A stretch of DNA of 64,000 nucleotides from an uncultured bacterium. Lineage in GTDB: Bacteria; Methylomirabilota; Methylomirabilia; Rokubacteriales; DASRDR01. The first letter of the stretch is position 1. Each line of letters opens with the position of its first letter. A model generated the notes under the pieces. That model was not told the origin of the DNA, searched no databases, and was given only the letters and a program-made list of their open reading frames with translations. Of the stretch, positions 30,205 through 40,468 are shown piece after piece. The translations under genes and the position numbers were made by a program. The stretch lies in NCBI GenBank assembly GCA_964416315.1, contig CAYQDR010000004.1:17147-81146 (forward strand), written 5' to 3'.

Positions 30205-31089
30205 GTGAGGGAGGCGCGTGAGGGAGGGTCCGACACCCCGGCGCTCCGCCTCCGCACCTACCTGACGCCCAGCATCCCCGAGAGCCTCTTCAGCTACCTC
30301 GCCGGATACCTGGGCCAGTGCCTGGGGGTCCCCACCGAACTGCAGGTCGAGACCCGGCACTCCGGTCCCCCGCGAGACGCGGCCGACCCGTTCACCGGGG
30401 GCGAGGTGGACGTGGGCTTCTTCTGCGCGCCGCCCTACATCTGGCTCTGCGAGCGCCCTGGCCCTCCGGTGGAGCTCCTGCCGCTCGGACTCGTGTTCGC
30501 CGATGCCCGAGCCGCCGGCCGGCCGGTCTACTTCTCGGACATCGTCGTCCGCGCAGACCATCCGGCACGGTCGTTCGCGGACCTGGTAGACGCTCGATGG
30601 GGCTACAACGACCGTGAATCCCTGAGCGGCTACTACTCGGTGCTCCAGGCGGCGGCTGACCACGGCGCGGACGCCTCGTTCCTCGGCCGCCTGCGCGAGA
30701 CCGGGAGCCACCTGGCCTCGCTCCGCGCCCTTCGCAGAGGCGCCATCGACGCCGCCGCCATCGACTCCACGGTGCTCGCGCTGCGCTGGCGACGGGACCG
30801 CACGCTCCGGACCGCCCTGCGCGTCGTGGACTCGCTCGGGCCCTGGCCTATCCAGCCGATCGTCGTGAGGCGGACCCTACCGGTCCGGGTAAAGGCCGCC
30901 ATGGCGTCAGCCCTCGGGGCGCTGGTCCACGCCCCGGCGCGGCGGCGGATCCTGCGCCGGTGGCTCATCTCGGGGGTCGCCCCGATGACGGACGCGGACT
31001 TCGACGTGGAGCGGGCGGCGCTCGGGCGGGCTCAGGCGCTGGAACAGGCCTGGGGCGCGATGGTGGGAGGCCGCCAGAACTCTCGGTAG
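30205..31089 (+). CDS. PhnD/SsuA-type (phosphonate/phosphite ABC) substrate-binding family protein
   Basis: Very high GC3. GTG start. No signal peptide and no cognate ABC genes adjacent. Confidence 0.5.
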   Translation: MREAREGGSDTPALRLRTYLTPSIPESLFSYLAGYLGQCLGVPTELQVETRHSGPPRDAADPFTGGEVDVGFFCAPPYIWLCERPGPPVELLPLGLVFADARAAGRPVYFSDIVVRADHPARSFADLVDARWGYNDRESLSGYYSVLQAAADHGADASFLGRLRETGSHLASLRALRRGAIDAAAIDSTVLALRWRRDRTLRTALRVVDSLGPWPIQPIVVRRTLPVRVKAAMASALGALVHAPARRRILRRWLISGVAPMTDADFDVERAALGRAQALEQAWGAMVGGRQNSR

Positions 31090-31276
31090 CGGATGCCATC
31101 GCGGACACGACGGGGGCCGATGGGCTGGCCCCGCTGTCCGCGGACCGCGGAGACGCGCCGTCCGGGCGGGCAGCGGACCCCGCCGAGTGGCATGGGGTCT
31201 GCGGAAGCACCTCCCCTCGCCACCAGGATGGGCATTCGCAAGTGGCCCTCGGGCGCTCCGGATGACGCCGGGCTCG

Positions 31277-31894
31277 CTAGGTCTCGGGCGCGAGCGGCAG
31301 GCGAGATATCGACTCGCCCAGGATCTCCGCTGACAACTGGAGAAATACGGGGGGTTCGCCGACTTCGATCTCGATGAACTTTCCCGTGTAGTTGGGATCG
31401 TAGGCGACCTGCAGCAGAGTCCCGGGCTCCCGCAGGGGTGTGAACCAGCCGGGGGCCTCGAAAGCTCGTGCGCTGCGGATGGCCGACCAGGGGATCCGCA
31501 CCGTCGGGAAGAACAGCTGCAGGACCGGCAGCTTGGAGAACAGCGTCGACAGGTACAGCCCGTCGTCGGTCGTGCCGATGCGCAGGGTTCCGCCGATGAA
31601 TCTCATCTTGATGCGCTGGAAGTCGGGATGGTCCACGCTCACCAGCGCCATCTGTCCGGTGGCACACAGCCTCCATGGGCCGTTGAACGGCACGACCGCA
31701 CGATGGCCCCTTGCCAAAGCGCGCCACCCGCTCTCGGCCATGAGATAAAACACGATGAGCGGTATGGCGACGACGAAGGCGACGACGAAGGCGGCCTGGA
31801 TCACGCCCGGCGTGCCTGGCCGAGAGACAACGATCCCCACGAGCCAAGCCGCGACAGCGGTCGGGATGATCACCTTTGCGTTCTTGTTCGACAC
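31277..31894 (-). CDS. hypothetical membrane protein (2 N-terminal TM helices), low-GC gene
   Basis: ATG with a GGAG SD. Local GC about 58% against about 70% for the flanks. Confidence 0.5.
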   Translation of the reverse strand: MSNKNAKVIIPTAVAAWLVGIVVSRPGTPGVIQAAFVVAFVVAIPLIVFYLMAESGWRALARGHRAVVPFNGPWRLCATGQMALVSVDHPDFQRIKMRFIGGTLRIGTTDDGLYLSTLFSKLPVLQLFFPTVRIPWSAIRSARAFEAPGWFTPLREPGTLLQVAYDPNYTGKFIEIEVGEPPVFLQLSAEILGESISRLPLAPET

Positions 31895-32028
31895 CGTTAC
31901 TCCGCACCCTCCTCTTCTGCGGGCTCCCCGCGAGCCGCCCCGCCTCGCGCGACAGCTTCAGCGCCCGGAAGGCCGGGTGCTCCGACACGGTCCGCGCCTC
32001 GGCGCCCGCTGAGGTGAGCCGAGAGGGT

Positions 32029-33024
32029 TCAGCCCGTGATCTCGGCGACGCGGATCGGCCGGTGCTCCCGGAGCGCCCGGGTCGCCGCCTCGGCGATCCG
32101 GAGCGCCTCGACCCCGTCCCGCCCCGTGCAGGGGCTCGGCGCCTCGCCGCGGGCCACGCGCAGGAACTCGGCCAGCTCCGCCCGGTAGGCGTCCTCGAAG
32201 CGGACCAGGAAGGTCTGCCAGGCGGGCCCTGCCGCCGGGGGCACGCCCGGCTCGAGCGAGCGGATCGGGGTCCGGGGGCCGAGCCCGACGGCCACGCTGT
32301 CCTTCGAGCCGAAGACCTCGGTGCGGATGTCGTAGCCCAGGGGGTCGTGGCGGGCGACGTCGAGGACCGCCAGCGTCCCGTCCCGCAGCCGGAGCGTCGC
32401 CACCGCCGTGTCCACGTCGCCGTACTTCCGGAAGATCTCGAACCCGCGCACGCCGCCGTCGGCGTAGACCTCCTCGACCTCGCTTCCCGTGAGCCAGCGG
32501 ATGACGTCGAAGTCGTGGATCGAGAAGTCGCGGAAGAGCCCGCCCGAGACCGGGATGTACGCCTCGTGGGGCGGCGCGGGGTCGTGGCCGGCGAGGCGGA
32601 TCAGGTAGACGGTGCCGAGCTCGCCCGTCTCGATCAGCCGGCGCGCCGCGCGGTAGGCGGGGTCGAAGCGGCGCTGGAAGCCGATCTGGAGCCGGATCCC
32701 CGCCCGCTCGGCATCGGCCACGACGCGGACGCTCTCGCCGAGATCGAGGGCGATCGGCTTCTCGCAGAAGACGGGGATGCGGCGGGTTGCACCCGCCCGG
32801 ATGAGCCGCCCGTGGGCGTCGGTGGCCGCCGTGATGACGAGCGCCTCGGCCCGCTCGATCGCGGCCTCGACCGACTCGACCCAGGTGGCCGTCTGCGCGG
32901 TCGCGAGCGCCCGCGCCCGCTCCGGCTCGACGTCGGCGATCAGCAGTTCGCCGGCGCCCAGCTCCCGGAGCAGGCGGGCGTGGAGCTGACCGATCCGGCC
33001 GGCGCCGAGGAGCGCGATCCTGAT
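32029..33024 (-). CDS. Gfo/Idh/MocA-family NAD(P)-dependent oxidoreductase
   Basis: IRIALLGAGRIGQLHA Rossmann N-terminus. No canonical start codon between the upstream stop and the Rossmann strand, so the start is uncertain. Confidence 0.65.
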   Translation of the reverse strand: MRIALLGAGRIGQLHARLLRELGAGELLIADVEPERARALATAQTATWVESVEAAIERAEALVITAATDAHGRLIRAGATRRIPVFCEKPIALDLGESVRVVADAERAGIRLQIGFQRRFDPAYRAARRLIETGELGTVYLIRLAGHDPAPPHEAYIPVSGGLFRDFSIHDFDVIRWLTGSEVEEVYADGGVRGFEIFRKYGDVDTAVATLRLRDGTLAVLDVARHDPLGYDIRTEVFGSKDSVAVGLGPRTPIRSLEPGVPPAAGPAWQTFLVRFEDAYRAELAEFLRVARGEAPSPCTGRDGVEALRIAEAATRALREHRPIRVAEITG

Positions 33025-33034
33025 CGCGGGCCTC

Positions 33035-34594
33035 TTACTTCTTCTCGAGCCAGACGTTCCAGAAGTGCATGTACGGGCCCGGCCGGAAGCCCTGCACCTC
33101 GCTGCGCTTCGCGTCCATCCGGAAGTAGTCTGCGACCCGCATCCGTGGGGCGTCCTGGTAGAAGATCGTCTGGACGCGCTCCCAGATCGCATACCGCTTC
33201 TTCGGGTCGAGCTCGCGCGCGATGGCCGCGAGGAGCTGGTCCTTTTCCGGGTGGCACCACCAGCCGGGCCACTCGCAGACCACCGGCGTGTAGGTGACCG
33301 ACTCGGGCTCGAACACGAACGCCGTGCTGAAGGCGTCCCAGAGCTCGGGCTTGTTCCGCCGCTGGACGACGGTCGCCCAGTCGGTCACCTGGAGGTCGAT
33401 CTTGAAGCCGACCTCCTCGAGCTGGCTCTTGGCGACGAGCGCCGGCTTGTAGTGGTGCTCGTACTCCGTCGTCACGATCCACCGGATCGGCTGGCCCTGG
33501 TACCCGGCCTCCCGGAGGAGCCGGCGGGCCTTCTCCTTGTCGCGCTGGTTGTACAGCCCGGCGCCGGCACGGGAGTGCACCCCCTGCTCCTGGAAGAAGA
33601 GCCCCGGGTCGAGGCGGTAGAAGTCCTTGTGCCCCATCGCCGCCAGCATCATCGGCTCGGCGTCCAGGACCGCCTGGAACGCCTGGCGGAGGCGCCGGTC
33701 GGTCATCAGGCCCTGCTTCGTGTTCAGGACGACCGTCACCCAGCCGTAGGGCTTGACGATGACCGGCTCGACGCCGGGGATCCCCTTGAGCCGCTCGTAC
33801 TGGTCGGGCTTGATCTGCTGCGCGTACTGGTACTCACCGGTCTGGATCCCGGCCGTCCGGATCGCGTAGTCCGGCACCGACATGAAGTAGAGCTCGTCCA
33901 CGTGGGCGGCCCGCTGGCCGCCGAGCCCGTTCGCGGGCTCGGGGCGCGAAACGTATCCCTCGAACCGCACGAGCTTGACGTGGCGGTCCGGCCGGTGCTC
34001 GACGAACCGGAAGGGCCCTGTCCCGACGAACTCCTTGAGCGGCCCGTCGCCCGCTGAGTCGATCACCTCCTTGGGGTAGATCACGGCGGCGCTGCCGACC
34101 TGAGCGAGGATCGTGGTCAGGCCGGCGGACGGCTCCCTGAGCCGGATCTCGACCGTCGCGGGATCGCGCGCCTCGACGGCCTCGACCGTCTTGAACAGCG
34201 CCTTGCCCGGGCTCGAGAGCTTCCCCCACCGCTGGAGCGACGCGACGGCGTCGGCCGCCGTCAGCTCCTTGCCGTTGTGGAAGCGGACGCCCCGGCGCAG
34301 GCGGATCACGTAGCGCTTGGCGCCGTCCAGGGCCTCGGCCCCCTCGGCGAGCAGCGGCACCGGCTGGTACTTCGCGTCGAGCGTGAAGAGGGTCTCCAGC
34401 ATGTTGATGCCGATCTCGCGCGTGATCACCGCCGTCGTGGAGTGGGGGTCGAGCGTGGGCGGTTCGCCGATCAGCGCGACCCGCAGGATGCCCCCCTTCT
34501 TCGGCTGGGCATCTGCGGGGGCGGCGGCGAGCCAGAGCCCGCTGGCGATCAGGGCGAGGACACACGCGAGCCAGGTGAGTCGTCGAGGCGTCAT
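33035..34594 (-). CDS. ABC transporter substrate-binding protein, family 5 (DppA/OppA-like)
   Basis: Signal peptide. 519 aa. C-terminal ...HFWNVWLEKK. Confidence 0.85.
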   Translation of the reverse strand: MTPRRLTWLACVLALIASGLWLAAAPADAQPKKGGILRVALIGEPPTLDPHSTTAVITREIGINMLETLFTLDAKYQPVPLLAEGAEALDGAKRYVIRLRRGVRFHNGKELTAADAVASLQRWGKLSSPGKALFKTVEAVEARDPATVEIRLREPSAGLTTILAQVGSAAVIYPKEVIDSAGDGPLKEFVGTGPFRFVEHRPDRHVKLVRFEGYVSRPEPANGLGGQRAAHVDELYFMSVPDYAIRTAGIQTGEYQYAQQIKPDQYERLKGIPGVEPVIVKPYGWVTVVLNTKQGLMTDRRLRQAFQAVLDAEPMMLAAMGHKDFYRLDPGLFFQEQGVHSRAGAGLYNQRDKEKARRLLREAGYQGQPIRWIVTTEYEHHYKPALVAKSQLEEVGFKIDLQVTDWATVVQRRNKPELWDAFSTAFVFEPESVTYTPVVCEWPGWWCHPEKDQLLAAIARELDPKKRYAIWERVQTIFYQDAPRMRVADYFRMDAKRSEVQGFRPGPYMHFWNVWLEKK

Positions 34595-34903
34595 GGTTTC
34601 CTCCCGCGTACGAGACTCTGACGGCCGGATGCAGGCGGGAATGTAGGACGGGTGTCGAGCGCTGTCAAGGGTGGCTCAGGTCAGCAGCTCCCGCGGCAAC
34701 CGCTCGGTCAGGTCGGGCGCGGTGCTCAGGGTCAGGGGCCCGTCGTGGTCGAAGCCGTGAATGACCCAGGTGCGGCCCGTGTCGTCCGGAAACTGCTCTC
34801 GGCGAGCTCGACGATGTGATCGTGCAGGTGGCGCTCGCGGTCCGCGAGGGAGTGCGTCAGGGCCGGAGGGCCGAGTGGCCCGGGCTCCCGTGTCCCGGAA
34901 CCG

Positions 34904-35782
34904 TCAGTCCCAGAGGTAGCCGCGGGGGTTGACCGGCTGGCCCTTGACCAGGATCTCGTAGTGGAGGTGCGGGCCGGTGCTCTTGCCCGTGTTGCCCGAC
35001 AGCGCGATCTGCTGGCCGCGATCCACCCGCTGCCCGTTTGCGACCAGGATCTTCTGCAGGTGGCCGAAGACCGTCTTGATCTCGTGGCCGTGGTCGATCG
35101 CCACGGTCAGGCCGAAGTCGGGCGTCCTGCCGGCGAGCGTCACGATCCCGGGGGCCGGCGCCTTCACGGGCGTGCCGGATTCCGCCGAGATGTCGACGCC
35201 GCCGTGGAACTCCGGGGTGCTGGTCCAGGGCGACAGGCGGCGGCCGAACTCGGAGTTGACCGCCCCGCGCACCGGCCACCGGGAGGGCAGCGACCCGAGG
35301 ATCGGCCTCGCCCGCTCCATGAGGCGGCTGAGGGCCCGCAGCTTCTGGCCCTCCTCGCCCAGGCTGACGACGAGGCGGTCGAGCTCCCGCGCGAGCGTCG
35401 CGGGCCCGGGCGCCTCCCCCGCGCCGGTGCCCCCGCCGACGCCCGAGCGCTCCCGCGAGCCCCGCGCCTCCGGCCCGAGCGGCTCCCAGATCCGGGCGTG
35501 GAGCTCCCGCCAGGTGTCGATCTCCCGCTGGGCCTCGGCGACCCGCTGGCGGGAGCCGTCGATCTGCGCGTGCTGCTCCATGACGAGCCGCTGGAGCGTG
35601 GCGATCTGCCCCCACTGCCGCTTGAGGAACAGGTAGTCGCCCCACACGGCGCCGACCGACAGGAGGCCCAGGAGCAGGGCCGCGGCGGTGGCCCCGAGGA
35701 GCCAGCGGGGGATGTTGAGACGGAGAACCCGGGTGCCGTCCCCGTAGACGACGAGGAGGTTGAACCGCCGGAGCCGGCTCAA
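34904..35782 (-). CDS. M23-family metallopeptidase (LytM-like) with N-terminal TM and coiled coil
   Basis: HxxxD and HxH motifs: GVDISAESGTPVKAPAPGIV...GNTGKSTGPHLHYEI. Confidence 0.85.
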   Translation of the reverse strand: MSRLRRFNLLVVYGDGTRVLRLNIPRWLLGATAAALLLGLLSVGAVWGDYLFLKRQWGQIATLQRLVMEQHAQIDGSRQRVAEAQREIDTWRELHARIWEPLGPEARGSRERSGVGGGTGAGEAPGPATLARELDRLVVSLGEEGQKLRALSRLMERARPILGSLPSRWPVRGAVNSEFGRRLSPWTSTPEFHGGVDISAESGTPVKAPAPGIVTLAGRTPDFGLTVAIDHGHEIKTVFGHLQKILVANGQRVDRGQQIALSGNTGKSTGPHLHYEILVKGQPVNPRGYLWD

Positions 35783-35789
35783 CGCGCCC

Positions 35790-36209
35790 TCATCGCTTCA
35801 GCGACACCACGGAGGCTGGCAGCTCCCGTACGGGTGGGGCCTCGGCCGCCTTCGTCTTGGTCATCCGGCAGTGCCCCTCGAAGAGCACCCCCTCCTCGAT
35901 CACCACGACCGGCGCCTCGACGTCGCCGAAGACCCGGGCGGTCTTCTTCATCTCCACCCGCTCGGAGGCTTGAAGGCTCCCGACGACCTCCCCGCTGATC
36001 TGGACGACCCCGGCACGGATCGTCGCGTTGACGACCGCCTTCTCGCCGATGATGAGCGTGTCGTTGGACGAGATCTCGCCCTTGAACTTGCCGTTCAGCA
36101 GCGCGGTGCCGCTGAACGTGTACTTCCCCTCGATCTCGGAGCCCTCGTCGAGGAACGCGCTGACGCCACTGCGCTTCGCCCGCAATTGCTCGCTCCGCCG
36201 CCCGAACAT
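35790..36209 (-). CDS. bactofilin (polymer-forming cytoskeletal protein)
   Basis: DUF583-like beta-helical repeats. Sits 8 nt upstream of the M23 peptidase gene. Confidence 0.8.
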   Translation of the reverse strand: MFGRRSEQLRAKRSGVSAFLDEGSEIEGKYTFSGTALLNGKFKGEISSNDTLIIGEKAVVNATIRAGVVQISGEVVGSLQASERVEMKKTARVFGDVEAPVVVIEEGVLFEGHCRMTKTKAAEAPPVRELPASVVSLKR

Positions 36210-36450
36210 GCGTTTCGCCCCTCAGCGTCCGGCCGATCCGCTACTTCTGCTGGGCCGCCCGCTTCTCGTCCTCGGGTTGTTCCAGCCTCGGTTGAGCCCG
36301 CTGAGGCGTCCCCCGCAGGTTGCCTGCGCGCCCCCCCCGGAACCGCTCGCGAATCGTCCGGCGTGGGAAGGAGTTGATCAGTCGCCGGTCTCGCCGGTGG
36401 CCCCTTGTATCACCGAAGCCCTTGGGGTGTCAACCGCCGGGCGGGGCGGC

Positions 36451-36570
36451 TCAGCCCCGGAGGCGCGGGTCCAGCAGGTCACGCAGCCCGTCGCCGAGCA
36501 CGTTGAAGGCGAGCACCGTGACCGAGATCGCGGCGGACGGCCAGAGCAGCGGCAGCGCGCTGAGCTGCAT
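36451..36570 (-). pseudogene. 3' remnant of an OppC/DppC-type ABC permease (last TM plus LGDGLRDLLDPRLRG tail)
   Basis: 39 codons starting at an ATG. No upstream permease sequence. Embedded in the artefactual 36451..37809 ORF. Confidence 0.5.
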
Positions 36571-36595
36571 GAAGCGCCCCGAGGTCCACACGGCT

Positions 36596-36620
36596 CCCCC
36601 CTCACCCCACCCTCTCCCCC
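36596..36620. repeat. perfect GC-rich palindrome CCCTCTCCCCCG/CGGGGGAGAGGG (REP-like)
   Basis: 12-bp arms. A related motif lies at 62895..62925, upstream of dppC. Confidence 0.6.
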
Positions 36621-36638
36621 GCGGGGGAGAGGGCATCA

Positions 36639-37013
36639 TCACGAGATCGTGCCCTTCCGGTAGGAGCGCTTCGCCGCGATCTTGCCCTCCCGGAGCGTCA
36701 GGACGTCGCAGCCGTGGACCTCGTAGCGTGTGCCGCCCCGAGGCGTGCCCGTGGTCACCCACTCCAGCACGGCGTGGGTCGGACCGGCGAAGTGACGGAG
36801 CTCGTCCCACCGGACGTCCGGGATCCGGCCGAACATCTCGACCAGGAGCTCGCGCACCGCCCGCTTGCCGATCATCCGCGTGCCTCAGGGCTCCTTGCCG
36901 AACGACGCCTCGAAGACGACGTCGTCGGTCATCATCGCCAGGATCCCCTCGAGGTCGTGGCCGTTCCAGACCGTGTTGAACCGCTGGACGAACGCCTCGC
37001 CGTCGAACGTCAT
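36639..37013 (-). pseudogene. SnoaL-like/NTF2-fold protein with an in-frame TGA at 36885..36887
   Basis: MTFDGEAFVQRFNTVWNGHDL...EASFGKEP[TGA]GTRMIGKRAVRELLVEMFG... The two halves are contiguous in one frame. Strong SD AAGGAGGG. Confidence 0.55.
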
Positions 37014-37218
37014 GGCTGAGCCCTCCTTGTAGACGTAGCGCAGACCGCCCAGGCTCTTGTTCCCGAGGGCGCCCGGCAGCCGCGTGTGGGCGCCGATGGT
37101 GCCGATCAGGCCGCGCGAACCCGAAGCCGCTACGGTACTCTTGTTCGCGGGCCCGTGAGCGGCAGGGGGTCCGTGTCGCGTATAATAGCGCAACCCCGAG
37201 GGCGCGGGAGACTGTCGC

Positions 37219-37851
37219 ATGAAGATCGCGATCATCGGCGCCGGGAACGTGGGCGGCACGCTCGGCAAGGCCTGGGCAGCGAAGGGTCACGACGTCGTCT
37301 TCGGTGTGCGCGATCCGCGGGAGGCGAAGGTCCAGGAGCTGCTCCGCGCCACCGCCGGCAAGGCGCGCGCGGCGAGCGTGCGGGAGGCCGCGGCGGCCGC
37401 CGAGCTCGTGCTCCTGGCGACCCCGTGGGGCGCCGCGCAGGACGCCCTCAGGGCAGCCGGGGACCTCAAGGGCAAGATCCTCGTGGACGCGACCAACCCG
37501 CTCAAGCCCGACTTCTCCGGTCTCGCGCTCGGCCACACCACCTCGGCCGGCGAGGAGGTCGCCCGCTGGGCCCCGGGCGCCCGGGTCGTCAAGGCGTTCA
37601 ACACGATCGGGGCGCACCACATGACGGACCCTCGCATCGCCGGCCAGCGCCCCAGCATGTTCGTCTGCGGCGACGACCCCGCCGCGAAGCAGACCGTCGC
37701 CGGCCTCGCCGAGGCGCTCGGGTTCGAGCCGGTGGACTCGGGGCCGCTCACGCAGGCCCGGCTCCTCGAGCCCCTGGCGATGCTCTGGATCTCGCTCGCG
37801 TACGCCCACGGCCTCGGGACCAACATCGGCTTCAGGCTCCTCCGCGGTTGA
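37219..37851 (+). CDS. NADPH-dependent F420 reductase-like / NADP oxidoreductase (coenzyme F420-dependent family)
   Basis: MKIAIIGAGNVGGTLG Rossmann N-terminus. 210 aa. Confidence 0.7.
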   Translation: MKIAIIGAGNVGGTLGKAWAAKGHDVVFGVRDPREAKVQELLRATAGKARAASVREAAAAAELVLLATPWGAAQDALRAAGDLKGKILVDATNPLKPDFSGLALGHTTSAGEEVARWAPGARVVKAFNTIGAHHMTDPRIAGQRPSMFVCGDDPAAKQTVAGLAEALGFEPVDSGPLTQARLLEPLAMLWISLAYAHGLGTNIGFRLLRG

Positions 37852-37871
37852 CGGGGCGCTCGGAGGACGCG

Positions 37872-38579
37872 ATGGAGTGCCCGGGTTGCCGCGGACCGAT
37901 GGACGAGCAACGCTTCGACGGGAACTACGGGAAGACGGTCGTCCTCGACATCTGCCACGCCTGCAACGGCTTCTGGTTCGACCGCCAGGAGAGCCTGCTG
38001 CTCACGCCCGGCTCCACCCTGCGCCTCTTCCGCATCATCCACGAGCGCCAGGCGGAGCGGCGGAACCAGCCGGCCGAAGCCATGAGCTGCCCCCGCTGCC
38101 GGACCCGGCTCGCGGAGACCCACGACATGGTCCGTGCCACGCGCTTCGGCTACTGGCGTTGCCCGCGCGGCGACGGGCGGTTCACCACGTTCTACCAGTT
38201 CCTGCGGGAGAAGCACTTCATCCGCACGCTCGACCCCGAACAGCTCAAAGAGCTCCGAAAGCACGTCCGGACGGTCAACTGCTCGAACTGCGGGGCGGCT
38301 GTGGACCTCGAGAAGACCACGGCCTGCAGCTACTGCCGCGCGCCGCTGGCGATCCTGGACCCGAAACAGATCGAGGCTACGGTGCGCGAGCTCCAGCAGT
38401 GGGAGGAGAAGCGCACGACCATTGACCCCACGGTCCAGGCCCAGGTCCTCCTGGAGAAGCTCAAGGTTGACGCGCTCTTCATGCCGCGGGAGCTAGAGGC
38501 CCAGCTTCTGGGCAGCCCGTTCGGGCTCGTGGAGGCAGGGCTGGGCGCGGCCCTGAAGCTCCTGAAGAACGTCCTGTAA
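37872..38579 (+). CDS. protein with three zf-TFIIB-like zinc-ribbon repeats
   Basis: CPGC...CHAC..FWFD, CPRC...CPRGDG, CSNC...CSYC. Confidence 0.6.
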   Translation: MECPGCRGPMDEQRFDGNYGKTVVLDICHACNGFWFDRQESLLLTPGSTLRLFRIIHERQAERRNQPAEAMSCPRCRTRLAETHDMVRATRFGYWRCPRGDGRFTTFYQFLREKHFIRTLDPEQLKELRKHVRTVNCSNCGAAVDLEKTTACSYCRAPLAILDPKQIEATVRELQQWEEKRTTIDPTVQAQVLLEKLKVDALFMPRELEAQLLGSPFGLVEAGLGAALKLLKNVL

Positions 38580-38595
38580 GGGATACGGTGGCGGC

Positions 38596-39821
<1,226 letters not shown>

Positions 39822-39825
<4 letters not shown>

Positions 39826-40454
39826 CGCCGCTCGATCCCCAGGCGCTGAAGGCGCTCCAGGACGCCCCGACGACGATGCTCTCGGACGCGATCGGACGGT
39901 GGGGCAACATGGACCCCTCGATCCGGCCGCTCGCGCCCGGGATGCGCTGCTGCGGACCGGCGTTCACGCTCCGCTGCTGGCCCGCCGACAACCTGACGGT
40001 CCACCGCGCGATCGAGCTGGCCGGGCCGGGCGACATCCTCGTCATCGACGGCGGCGACGGGCGGGACACCGCGCTGATGGGCGAGCTCGTCGTGTACGCG
40101 GCCCGGCTTCGCGGGATCGCCGGCGTCGTGCTCCAGGGCATGGTCCGGGACCGCGCCGACATCGCCGCGCAGCCCCTCCCGGTCTTCGCCTGCGGGGCGA
40201 CGGCCCGCGGCCCCGTCAAGGAGACGCTGGGCCCGATCCAGGTCCCGATCCAGTGCGGCGGGGTCCTCGTCCGGCCCGGCGACGTCGTCGCGGGCGACGA
40301 CGACGGCGTGGTCGTCGTGCCGCGCGAGGAGGCGGGGGCGGTCGTCGAGCGCGTCCGCGCGATCCGCGAGAAGGAGGAGAAGGTCCGCAAGGCCCTCGCC
40401 GCGGGCCAGACCACGCCGGACATCCTCGGCTTCCGCGCGAAGCTGCCCAAGTAG
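39822..40454 (+). CDS. rraA: RraA-family protein (RNase E inhibitor/HMG-CHA aldolase fold)
   Basis: ATGA overlap with the ilvA stop. RraA-like sequence. Confidence 0.75.
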
Positions 40455-40468
40455 GAGGGCGAACCTCC

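Noticed and set aside
36451-37809. 452-aa minus-strand ORF
   Set aside because: Only the last 39 codons (OppC tail) have meaning. The rest is antisense to the SnoaL-like and F420-reductase-like genes.
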